The translations under genes and the position numbers were made by a program. This document shows, one piece after another, positions 29,401-37,459 of a DNA stretch of 64,000 nt. Numbering within the stretch: position 1 is the stretch's first letter; each line of letters opens with the position of its first letter. The DNA is from a virus, in the IMG/VR virus record IMGVR_UViG_3300005573_001166, positions 32,001-96,000 of that record; one strand, 5' to 3'. The notes beneath the pieces are model-generated. The model ran no database searches, was not told the DNA's origin, and saw only the letters and a list, made by a program, of their open reading frames with translations.

Positions 29401-31669
29401 TATTGAACATGTCTTGAAAAAAGGGAAGAGGTACTACTCCTTAGAGATGCCACAGACTCTTCCTGACTACGTAACATCAGCTAAAAATGTACTAAGTAAT
29501 CCGGAGGAGTTCAGTAGGTTTGATCCTGACACTCAGAACCAAATAATAGATATATTAATTGATAATATCGCTTTAAAACTGTTTTCGAAGTTAAATGTTG
29601 ACGAATTAAAAGGATTAAGAGACATGTATAAAAACCGAAACTGGACGGGCTTTTATGATTTCTTTGATAGTAAAATAAACGAGGTTGTTAAAAGGGATCC
29701 TGAATATGCTGAATTAGATAAGTTGCTAAAGGGGTTGCCTATATTCCCTTCAGATATCGGCGATCGAGTAGTTGAGTATATAAAGAAGATGGGTATACCT
29801 AAGAAAGGGAGTATCGTTACAGCTCAAGAGTACTACTCGTCTTATCCTGAAGGCATGGGAGCAGAGCTTTCACCTAACATATTTACTTCTAGGTCTCCTG
29901 TGTTGTTTCCTTACAAAGCAGGGGAGGAATGTACGTTAGAGGAGTTGGACTTTCCGATTGTAGCTCATTACTTAAATCAAGTTGCTTCTGATAACTATGG
30001 TATAGAAAACTTTACTCAAAAAGTTTCTGAAGGGGAGAATCGTAAAACCATTTGCTTTGTATACAATTCAACCTTTCCGCACGCTAAATGGGTAGATGAT
30101 CAGCATTTACATGTTAACTTATATCGTGTTAAAGACTTAGCTGATTTATTAGGAGTATTGGTACACGAGTTTAGGCATGTACTTACTGTAATGACAAATG
30201 AACCCTCTTCCGACTTACAAGAAAGAGTAAATGCATCTCCTTCCGAGTATGTAAAGCTGCCTGAGGAAAATATTGCTTTTCCAGAGATGATATCTTTTAT
30301 GCTTTATACTTTAAGACTGCCAAAAGATGTGGTAAGGGATAAGATTATATCGATTATAGGAGAGGAGAACACGTATAAAGTAGATGAGTGGTTTAAGCAA
30401 TTAGGAATAGAGAAAAGTGCTGGATTTCCCAGTCACCCTAAGAATATCGTAATACCGAGAAATGAGTATTACCCTAAAGGTTTAACAGAGGAAGACGTTT
30501 GGAATTATTACAACAGTGTTAGAAATAAGATACTTCCTTATCTAAAGGGCCAGCCCGTAATGCTTGTACTAAATGCAGATGGAGAAGTTTACAAGAGGCA
30601 TGATAAAGATCCCGAGTCTTTTATAGATATAAATACTGAGAAGGAGTTCGACCGATTTAATAACGGTAGGGTTTTGGAGTTTCATAAGGTATTAGAGGAT
30701 ACTTCAAACTATGGTTTTGTAGATGTTGATCCTAGAGAAGACGTTCCTTTTGACAAAGTAAAAGAAGTAACAGGAATGCTTTACGACTTACTTTCGTCAC
30801 TACCTGAAGTCGAAGAGGTAGATTTAATATACTCAGGCGGTAGGGGTTTCCATCTGTACCCTAAATATAGGAGCTACAAAGACGTCGATGGGTTAAGGAG
30901 AGAGTTAAGAGACATACTTGAAGCTTTTGCAAACAGCGTGGACGCTAACTTAACTACCCACCGAACCACCAGTAGCGATCAAATAAGGTTGGATGTATCT
31001 ACTTTAAAGAGTACAGGCTCACTTAGGGCAGTATATTCGTTAAACGGGAGAACAGGTTTGAGGTGCATACCTGTCTCCAGAAGAGATTTAGATGACTTCG
31101 AGAAAGAGGATGCTAAAATAAAGACGGGTATAAAGACAGCCCAGGATACAGGTCAAGGGGTTTTTGTACCTACTACCTCTGAGAGTTTAGGAGAATATAC
31201 TTCCTCTATACAAGAGGTCTTACTTATGGCTATATCAGATGAGTGCCATGCTATAGCAACTTACAGTGCTATGATAGATGCATTACCTGAGGACGATACT
31301 AACAGGTCTATTTTAGAAGAGCTTAAGTTTGATGAACAAGTTCACGAACGAGTTCTATTAAGGATGTTAGGACGTGAGTTGCCGATAAAAGAGACTCCTA
31401 TAGCAGAAGAAACTTTGCCTCCTGTTCGGTTTAGACCTGACTACAATGATTTAGAGGAAAGAGGTAAGTTCTTTGCCAAGTTTATAGACCTTGTATCTGT
31501 AGCAATAGCAGACGAGAGGCATGCTATATCATTCTACGATACTATATTGGACGGTATGAATGTAACAGATCCGAATTATAGAGTCATAGAGAAGATAATG
31601 AGGGATGAACAGGATCATGAGAGAAAACTGCTTAACATGCTAGGAGAGGAAGTTCCCACCTTGGATTAA
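26438..31669 (+). CDS. 1743-aa polyprotein-like protein: helical N-terminal region, zincin HExxH module, LigD-type AEP polymerase module (~30422-31141), ferritin-like module
   Basis: VHEFRH..PEE; HPKNIVIP..EDVWNYY..ILPYLKGQP, EFH, FVDVDP, SGGRGFHLY, SLRAVYSL; DECHA..DEQVH and DERHA..DEQDH. Confidence 0.88.
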   Translation: MQSKMTTADFIQLLRQADESNPIQPDEPNDDIWEAITEFVPLPPDVIEGAGADLVQKVVSAYKQLQESDSPEKESYLQEILNDFLNQYQELPPDQQQIAEDVLKEYQGDYPEIVPAFNQALTDFIKQMQPIEQPVQPVQQVQQVQQEQPIQPEMPAVVRTYSTNILNALSQLEEKNPEQIRDILANKLNDIFNHALREEERQEYFQIYTDIMNNVLANFPDLQNQVDVGQIWNGELEVREKGLQLAGDLAASLKEGLKAGGTAYDLQSIILDKLMPLIEEYSKGDEKQKREILSAYNALRYAFPSVYGDAVTAKTLTSVIENIWKEGQEWLSPTPWVNIIKSQIGAEDLVNYDRIVNIFERNATRFLKSNLPFLRTPEQRKAFIDSFLNSVSTTPYIRDLVKEELYDWLDDLEREKPEPGTPEYDAAEGLGGLKQDALGRASEYTAIPARFDKAFISFLSQLPRQVDVDTAANEYKERWLSALEEAIPTENTTAATYNKAVLNWLQKQIDNVYNKRLSEYKQRPETVTPAWYGALAVGSFEKDAFGDVTTKPEVVADRFEKGLTAYWNEFTREQRDEYYNAFVNQLKSELGEAAQGYVKEVDKRYEELKRSKGTGKVIGPTDPTIRAIEGYIDKGNFPGLASFWIRYDASNASPQEKQQVWDTIVGHSLVDSINTNMEALMNQLDAGEVPDEIKDIINTNAVKVDDAQVVGKEGNQWKVLVKSGDSEYLFNIRFELYKGNEQIGIHYSDIDTADFVRREYYRNKVVNKVFSELADKDPETWQGEDWYAFGDQLVGLIKKSYEGSKKSEDFINKLTAQQLVALTRNMPKDAYTTFVGYLPPEIAAYMPYRSSTLTSLLFEWLDRKGTAASRAEIEKRMRAGTTPTPPPSTQPPPTAGTPPSTQPPATGTPPSTQPPATGTPPSTQPPVKGTIEVKYDDEKGYVLDLSKKDELILKDGRTVTPLSTYVDPLGFLLVADENGNRDVINLKDIEHVLKKGKRYYSLEMPQTLPDYVTSAKNVLSNPEEFSRFDPDTQNQIIDILIDNIALKLFSKLNVDELKGLRDMYKNRNWTGFYDFFDSKINEVVKRDPEYAELDKLLKGLPIFPSDIGDRVVEYIKKMGIPKKGSIVTAQEYYSSYPEGMGAELSPNIFTSRSPVLFPYKAGEECTLEELDFPIVAHYLNQVASDNYGIENFTQKVSEGENRKTICFVYNSTFPHAKWVDDQHLHVNLYRVKDLADLLGVLVHEFRHVLTVMTNEPSSDLQERVNASPSEYVKLPEENIAFPEMISFMLYTLRLPKDVVRDKIISIIGEENTYKVDEWFKQLGIEKSAGFPSHPKNIVIPRNEYYPKGLTEEDVWNYYNSVRNKILPYLKGQPVMLVLNADGEVYKRHDKDPESFIDINTEKEFDRFNNGRVLEFHKVLEDTSNYGFVDVDPREDVPFDKVKEVTGMLYDLLSSLPEVEEVDLIYSGGRGFHLYPKYRSYKDVDGLRRELRDILEAFANSVDANLTTHRTTSSDQIRLDVSTLKSTGSLRAVYSLNGRTGLRCIPVSRRDLDDFEKEDAKIKTGIKTAQDTGQGVFVPTTSESLGEYTSSIQEVLLMAISDECHAIATYSAMIDALPEDDTNRSILEELKFDEQVHERVLLRMLGRELPIKETPIAEETLPPVRFRPDYNDLEERGKFFAKFIDLVSVAIADERHAISFYDTILDGMNVTDPNYRVIEKIMRDEQDHERKLLNMLGEEVPTLD
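29093..29216 (+). repeat. 33-bp tandem repeat, about 4 copies (TPPSTQPPATG linker)
   Basis: actccaccttctacacaacctcctgcaacaggt units. Confidence 0.9.
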
Positions 31670-31770
31670 AACCCCCTTATTCCCCTTTTTACCCAATTGT
31701 TTGACTTTGGAATATGTAATTACATACCAGAGCCCATGAAAGTGGTTTATAGGGGGTTTTAGGCTGTTTT
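31667..31770 (+). promoter_or_regulatory. dispersed intergenic element (related copies at ~3425-3521 and ~60848-60902)
   Basis: GTAATTACATACC-N9-GAAAG-N3-TTTATAGGGGGTTTTAGGCYGTTTT; TAAAACCCCC/GGGGGTTTTA inverted repeat. Confidence 0.6.
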
Positions 31771-31785
31771 TCAAAGGAGGTTTTA

Positions 31786-31863
31786 ATGGCTGTAGCTAAA
31801 AAGAAGTCTAATCCGAAAAAAAGGAAACGCAAAATTCTTAAGCGTATGCAGAGAGGTTATTAG
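31786..31863 (+). CDS. 25-aa basic micro-protein (not in ORF track)
   Basis: AAAGGAGG SD then MAVAKKKSNPKKRKRKILKRMQRGY*. Confidence 0.55.
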   Translation: MAVAKKKSNPKKRKRKILKRMQRGY

Positions 31864-31867
31864 TATT

Positions 31868-33655
31868 ATGGAGGGCGGAGTAAAAATGACTGGTTTAGCG
31901 GTTAAGATGAAGGTAGCGGTAACTGATTTTAAGAAGCAGTACCTGTTTGACTTTTATGGCACAGCCTTCCTGCCTATTACTCAGCCTCCTGGAAGAATGG
32001 GAGATATATTAGGGTGGTTGTCTGATGATCTTGTATACGACATTTTATGTACTAAGGTAGCTTCTACAGTAAAACTAGCTAAAACGTATTTAGACATTAC
32101 TCCTAGTCTTATATATCAGGAGTATGAAAACAACATTGCAGCTGTGAAGCTTGAACCTCTGAAATATTTTGATAGGTTAGGAGTTAAAGGTATTACAAAT
32201 TTGGAGTTCTTGCAGAACATAAAGCAGTATAAGAAACAGGCAGAAGATTATTTAAACAACCTTATAGACAGCTTTAGACCTGAAATAAGTAGTTATTTAA
32301 AAGAATTGCAACGCGTACTTGAGGAACTTGAAGACCTTCCAGAACATTCTCCTGTATCTGATCAAGTGCTTGAGTTTCTATCCAATCCTCCCAAAGTTAC
32401 GTTTCCAGAGCTAGTCCGTCTGTTTAGGGAGTTTAAATGGGAACCTCTTTTTGGTGGCGAGTTATGGGCTCAGATTGCAGAAGCTACTATAAGGTTAGAA
32501 GACTATTATAAAAAGGTAGTACCTACTGACGATCCTATTGAGAGTATAGGACCGATAGTTGAGAGGTATGTTAGAGATCCTAAAGATTTGAATAACCTGG
32601 CAGTTGCCTTAGACTTATACAATTCTTTGGAGCATAATACTGGTAGTTTATTCAAGGATGTAACTCCTGAGATGCCTTACTGGTTAACGTTAGTTGCTTC
32701 TGGTACATATCAACCGGAAATCCTATCTAAAATGAGTCCGAAGGTAAGGCAAATAGTTAGTGCTTATTATAGGGAAGTAGGGCCTCCAGAGTCTAGGAAA
32801 CAGTTTATTGATAGTTTTGTAACACAGGTTCTTCGCAGGCGACTTCCCAAAGGTAAGCTTCCAGGTCCTGCTATACTGCTTCATATAGATGAAAGTTTGG
32901 CAGGAGACGTATATGAGCGTTTAAAATATGAGATACAAAAAAGTGATCCGGTAAAAGATTCGGAGAAGCTTCAGGATTATATGGTTCTATTAGAGGATTT
33001 AGTATCGTCTAGTGCTTGGCAAGATTATGAGGAGAAACAGTTAAAACAATTACAACCTACTCCAGATGGTATAAAACATTTTATGCAAGAGATGGGAGTA
33101 TTTTATACATTTAAACATGCGCTTCCTTCCTATTTGTTAGAAAGTGTTAATCGGGAAGTTATAGCAAAGTTCTTTCAGGGGGTTACAGAGCCTGAAATAT
33201 TTCAGGCAACTTGCAAGGCAATGCCTTTAGACTTTTTAGCTACATATTTTGATACGGCACAAGGAGATAGGTTTGACACGGCAACACAGATACTTTTTGA
33301 AAGAGCAATTGCAGAGGGGGAAATAAGTTACTTGTTAAATAATTTATATGCTGAGACTGCTCCTATTCTATTAAACTTACTAACGACGCCTAAAGGGGGA
33401 TTACTTATTTTAAAGTTAGAGACTACAGATGAACTCGACTCTCTTGTAGACACGATTGTAGAGAAATATAAGTCCGGTTTAATTCCGGAACAAACTGCAA
33501 TGCAATTACTACAGATATTAGGCAAATTTCCAGATTCAGAGCCGTCTCTAGAACCTGCGGAGCCTCCCTTAGAACCTACAGAACCGTCTTTAGAATCTGC
33601 AGAGATGGTAGAACAACCTTCTGAACAGGAGGAAAGGAATGAGCAAATTGTTTAA
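31868..33655 (+). CDS. protein of unknown function, paralog of the C-terminal module of 33639..35987
   Basis: LFDFYG.AFLPIT and GGELWAQIAE...LEHNTGSLF shared with the next gene. Confidence 0.8.
   Translation: MEGGVKMTGLAVKMKVAVTDFKKQYLFDFYGTAFLPITQPPGRMGDILGWLSDDLVYDILCTKVASTVKLAKTYLDITPSLIYQEYENNIAAVKLEPLKYFDRLGVKGITNLEFLQNIKQYKKQAEDYLNNLIDSFRPEISSYLKELQRVLEELEDLPEHSPVSDQVLEFLSNPPKVTFPELVRLFREFKWEPLFGGELWAQIAEATIRLEDYYKKVVPTDDPIESIGPIVERYVRDPKDLNNLAVALDLYNSLEHNTGSLFKDVTPEMPYWLTLVASGTYQPEILSKMSPKVRQIVSAYYREVGPPESRKQFIDSFVTQVLRRRLPKGKLPGPAILLHIDESLAGDVYERLKYEIQKSDPVKDSEKLQDYMVLLEDLVSSSAWQDYEEKQLKQLQPTPDGIKHFMQEMGVFYTFKHALPSYLLESVNREVIAKFFQGVTEPEIFQATCKAMPLDFLATYFDTAQGDRFDTATQILFERAIAEGEISYLLNNLYAETAPILLNLLTTPKGGLLILKLETTDELDSLVDTIVEKYKSGLIPEQTAMQLLQILGKFPDSEPSLEPAEPPLEPTEPSLESAEMVEQPSEQEERNEQIV
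32456..32806 (+). repeat. 351-bp near-identical direct repeat, copy 1 (copy 2 at 34833-35183)
   Basis: ungapped alignment at offset 2377 with scattered substitutions. Confidence 0.95.
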
Positions 33656-35987
33656 ATTTGATCCTAATTCTACTACAAACGAGGGAAGATGGAGGCTTAT
33701 AGATCCTAAAGTTTTCGCACCTAATTCTATGCGAAGTTGGTACTCTTGGCAGGGTATACAGGCACCCGGTATTAGGTTTATAGTAGGTATAGACAACAGG
33801 GACAAGAAGTGGAAACCCCAAGCAATTCGCTTTGACAAAAAGTTGTGGACGGAGGAGAAGGCAGCAGCTTGGTGGCAGAAGCATAAAGACAGGTTTGTTA
33901 AAGAGTGGCAACCTTCCGACTGGCAGACTAATATAAAAACAGCTAAAACAAGTAAATTCGTTATACAAGAACATGATGCAACTAGAGCAGGGAAGCATTT
34001 TGATTTAAGGTTTGAAAGAGGGAATGTAGCTAAATCTTTTGCTGTACCCAAGCACACGATGCCGAGTACAGGAGAAAAAGTACTTGCAATCCAAGTCCAA
34101 GATCACCCAGTTAGTTTTATGAAGTGGGAAGGTACCGTACCTGAAGGCACCTATGGAGCAGGAAATATACGTATATTTGACCAAGGAGAGTATCGTATCA
34201 ATAGGTGGACAGATGATGTAATAGACGTCACTTTTGAAGGGAACAAGATAAAAGGTAGGTATGTTTTTATACATACAGGGGATGCTAAATGGTTGATTAC
34301 TAAACCTAAGAAGCAGATTGTAACTGCAGCTTTTACAGATGTACGTACTAAATTATTTGATTTCTACGGAGTAGCTTTTCTACCCATCACAGAGCGGTCT
34401 GAAGGTGTGAGTATTAAAGACTGGTTATCAGATAGCCTTACTTACGATGCCGTGACTCTTAAAGTCTCTTCTGTAATAAAACTAGCTAAAACATATTTAG
34501 ATGAAGTTCCTACATTTATATACGACGAACTTCTCCACTGTACCGATGCCCTGGGTTGGAGGCCTGTGTTGTATTTACAGAAAGTTGGCTACGATCCTGA
34601 AAATCCTAAGCATAGGGAGAATGTTAACGAGTTTATGGAGAAAGCAGACTATATGATAAATCGTCTTGTAAATAGTTTTAGTCCTGAAACAAGAGATCTC
34701 TTAAAGGAATTAAGGGAGTACGTTCTGCGACTAGAAGGCTCTGCTTCTGCTTTTTACTCTAGAATACGCAGCATCCCGTTGCCTGAAGCAATACGTATAT
34801 TTAGGGAGTTTGTGTGGCGCCCGTACTATGGCGGCGAGTTGTGGGCTCAGATTGCAGAAGCTACTATAAGGTTAGGAGATTATTATAAAAAGGTAGTACC
34901 TACTGACGATCCTGTTGAGAGTATAGGACCGATAGTTGAGAGGTATGTTAGAGATCCTAAAGATTTGAATAACCTGGCAGTTGCCTTAGACTTATACGAT
35001 TCTTTGGAGCATAATACTGGTAGTTTATTCAGGTATTCAGCCCCAGAGATGCCTTACTGGTTAACATTAGTTGCTTCTGGTACATATCAACCGGAAATCT
35101 TATCTAAAATGAGTTCGAAGGTAAGGCAAATAGTTAGTGCTTATTATAGGGAAGTAGGGCCTCCAGAGTCTAGGAAACAGTTTGTCGATAATTTTATAGG
35201 TATTGCAGCTGAGAAAGCAACTGTACTAGGAAAAGTTACAGATGCCTCTTTAGCGGGAGATTTATACAAATATTTGAAAGATAATATAAAAGGGGCAGAT
35301 ACTATGAAAGCTATTGTGTTTTCTAAAGGATGGAGAGATTACGAGTTGCAATACTTCAAGCAATTGGAACCTAACTCTGAGGGCATTGAGGAATTTAGTC
35401 AGGAATTACATTTCCTTAAGAAGTTAGTACCAAATGATTTTACGTCTCTATTTTCTAACCTGTTGGGTGTAGCAGAAGTACCGGTAATTGAGGCTTTGTT
35501 TGAGGAAGAGTCTACAGATACTAATCTATTTGTAGAAACGTGTTATAAACTTCCACTGGATTGTTTATTCAATCATCTTGATAAGGTCACTGGAAGCAAG
35601 TTTTACAGAGGTGTATTCGTATTGTTTCAGAGGGCGATTTCTGAAGATTACTTAAACTATATACCAAGTTACTTGAATACTGAGACTGCTCCTGTACTGT
35701 CTACAGTCATTAATTTTGTTCCTGAGTTAGGCCCAGGCAAATTGAAGTTAATGGATATTGTTCTTAAAAAGTTTCAGCAACAGGATTTAACAGCAGAAGC
35801 AGCTAATGATCTACTGCAAAGTTTAGGATACGAGGAGACAGTAGAGCAAATGTTGTCTTCAGAACAACCAGATACAAATTCTGTACAAGAAGCTCCTTTA
35901 GCTACAGATTCTGTTCAGACTGAAGAACCAATAGAAAACGAAACTAAGGTGTCTGAAGAAACGGAACTTCAGATGGAGGAGTATTAA
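33639..35987 (+). CDS. 782-aa polyprotein-like protein with a LigD 3'-phosphoesterase (PE) module (~33945-34328)
   Basis: FVIQEHDATRAGKHFDLRFE, SFAVPK, LAIQVQDHP, WEGTVPEGTYGAG, IFDQG, GNKIKGRY, WLI. Confidence 0.9.
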   Translation: MSKLFKFDPNSTTNEGRWRLIDPKVFAPNSMRSWYSWQGIQAPGIRFIVGIDNRDKKWKPQAIRFDKKLWTEEKAAAWWQKHKDRFVKEWQPSDWQTNIKTAKTSKFVIQEHDATRAGKHFDLRFERGNVAKSFAVPKHTMPSTGEKVLAIQVQDHPVSFMKWEGTVPEGTYGAGNIRIFDQGEYRINRWTDDVIDVTFEGNKIKGRYVFIHTGDAKWLITKPKKQIVTAAFTDVRTKLFDFYGVAFLPITERSEGVSIKDWLSDSLTYDAVTLKVSSVIKLAKTYLDEVPTFIYDELLHCTDALGWRPVLYLQKVGYDPENPKHRENVNEFMEKADYMINRLVNSFSPETRDLLKELREYVLRLEGSASAFYSRIRSIPLPEAIRIFREFVWRPYYGGELWAQIAEATIRLGDYYKKVVPTDDPVESIGPIVERYVRDPKDLNNLAVALDLYDSLEHNTGSLFRYSAPEMPYWLTLVASGTYQPEILSKMSSKVRQIVSAYYREVGPPESRKQFVDNFIGIAAEKATVLGKVTDASLAGDLYKYLKDNIKGADTMKAIVFSKGWRDYELQYFKQLEPNSEGIEEFSQELHFLKKLVPNDFTSLFSNLLGVAEVPVIEALFEEESTDTNLFVETCYKLPLDCLFNHLDKVTGSKFYRGVFVLFQRAISEDYLNYIPSYLNTETAPVLSTVINFVPELGPGKLKLMDIVLKKFQQQDLTAEAANDLLQSLGYEETVEQMLSSEQPDTNSVQEAPLATDSVQTEEPIENETKVSEETELQMEEY
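34833..35183 (+). repeat. 351-bp near-identical direct repeat, copy 2
   Basis: see copy 1. Confidence 0.95.
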
Positions 35988-35990
35988 GAA

Positions 35991-36245
35991 ATGAGACTAC
36001 CTGAGACAGAAGAAGATTTTCTTAAATATTTAAAGTTTATATACTTACCTTACAGAAAAGCAGAACTTGACGAATCGGAGCTTCCAATTACCTATGATAT
36101 AACACAATGTGCTTGGTGTAAAAGGTATGTAGATAAACAGACCCGACAATATGTAGACAAACCGGAAGGAGTACAAGTAGTATCCCACGGCATATGCCCT
36201 GAATGCAAAAAGAAGTTATTAGAAGAAGCTTCTAAGCTTTTTTGA
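35991..36245 (+). CDS. small Zn-finger protein
   Basis: CAWC...SHGICPEC; GGAGG SD. Confidence 0.75.
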   Translation: MRLPETEEDFLKYLKFIYLPYRKAELDESELPITYDITQCAWCKRYVDKQTRQYVDKPEGVQVVSHGICPECKKKLLEEASKLF

Positions 36246-36303
36246 AAAAATCAAAAAAACTTTATAATGAATTAATAACCAGCTGTAAAAATTCTTTTTT
36301 AGC

Positions 36304-36332
36304 TTGACATTTGATATGTGTTTTATTATAAT
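36304..36332 (+). promoter_or_regulatory. consensus sigma70/sigmaA promoter
   Basis: TTGACA-N17-TATAAT exact match with AT-rich sequence upstream. Confidence 0.85.
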
Positions 36333-36424
36333 AGAATTTTGAACAAAGGAGTCTTTACTTTTAACATTTTATAGACTTATGCCCTGTGAATAGTGTATAA
36401 TTATATCGTATTATTAACCAACAC

Positions 36425-36468
36425 CGCTCCGACTTCCTTTGTATTAGGTGGAAGTTGGAGCGTTTTTT
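36425..36468 (+). terminator. intrinsic terminator
   Basis: cgctccgacttcc / ggaagttggagcg 13-bp stem (one G-U pair) followed by T6. Confidence 0.8.
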
Positions 36469-36538
36469 AAGTTTATAGGACTAGCCTTAAGAAACCTGCT
36501 TAGAAATACTACTCTTTTTTTAAAACACCAAAAAGAAC

Positions 36539-37186
36539 ATGAAAACTAATACTCTAAAATATACAACTCCCGACAGGTGGTTGTTGATAACGGGAGTAGT
36601 CGAGCGTCTTACTAGCGACCAACCCTCTATACCTATTCAAAAGTTAATAGAGGCTATAGATAAGAGAGTACATCCTCCTTTAACTCAAACGGAAAAGGGT
36701 AGAATATATAAATTATATAACAAGTTTCAAGCTTCAGAGAGGCAGGAGAAAGTTATGGATGAGACGAATCAGGGGTTAAGCGTACCCCTCTTTGCCCAAC
36801 CAGGTTTATACATGTTTGGAAGTAGTTTACTTCAGAAGTATCCTGAGTTGAGGGGCGCTGATTATTGGAGGGCCTTTCAGCAAGCTCTCCAGCTACTTCG
36901 TAGTAATGTAGATGAGGACCGTATACTCGAGGTTATAGAATCGGAGTATCCTACAGTGGATAACTCGTTAGTTATGAAGGCAGCTAAAAGCTTTTTAAGG
37001 GAGGGGTCTATGTATATAGAAGGAAGGTTATATGGAGAAACCTTCAAGGACGATACTATACCTAAAATTGCAGCTATTTATTCGGATCTGATATGGCAAG
37101 GAGCGTCAGAGGAGTTTGTATTTGGCTTTAAAGACGGTTTGCCCAGAAAGGCAAGCCTGTTTATTTCTAATATGAGGAGTAACTAA
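36539..37186 (+). CDS. hypothetical protein
   Basis: 215-aa ORF. Confidence 0.65.
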   Translation: MKTNTLKYTTPDRWLLITGVVERLTSDQPSIPIQKLIEAIDKRVHPPLTQTEKGRIYKLYNKFQASERQEKVMDETNQGLSVPLFAQPGLYMFGSSLLQKYPELRGADYWRAFQQALQLLRSNVDEDRILEVIESEYPTVDNSLVMKAAKSFLREGSMYIEGRLYGETFKDDTIPKIAAIYSDLIWQGASEEFVFGFKDGLPRKASLFISNMRSN

Positions 37187-37187
37187 A

Positions 37188-37448
37188 ATGATTATACACA
37201 ACTTAACTTCACAGGATCTTTCTTTTAATATAGACTCAGGTATAGGTGTAGACTTAAAAGGACAGCAGTTCAGAACAGTTATTGCTGCCGGTAGTAGTGC
37301 TACTATATCAAATGCAATGATGTTCCTTTTAATGTTGAACCCGGAATTTCAATCGGCATATGCCAACGGCAACATATCTGTAACATATGACACTGGTGAT
37401 GCTACTTTCTTCGGTAGGATACAAAGCTTACTAGGCGGAACTTTATAA
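37188..37448 (+). CDS. small protein, divergent member of the paralog family
   Basis: MIIHNLTSQD...SAYANGNISV; GAGGAG SD. Confidence 0.65.
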   Translation: MIIHNLTSQDLSFNIDSGIGVDLKGQQFRTVIAAGSSATISNAMMFLLMLNPEFQSAYANGNISVTYDTGDATFFGRIQSLLGGTL

Positions 37449-37459
37449 GGAGAGTATGA

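Noticed and set aside
32456-35183. 351-bp repeat pair as a diversity-generating retroelement TR/VR
   Set aside because: Differences include C/T and G/A changes and are not adenine-specific; both copies are coding mid-gene; no reverse transcriptase in the window.
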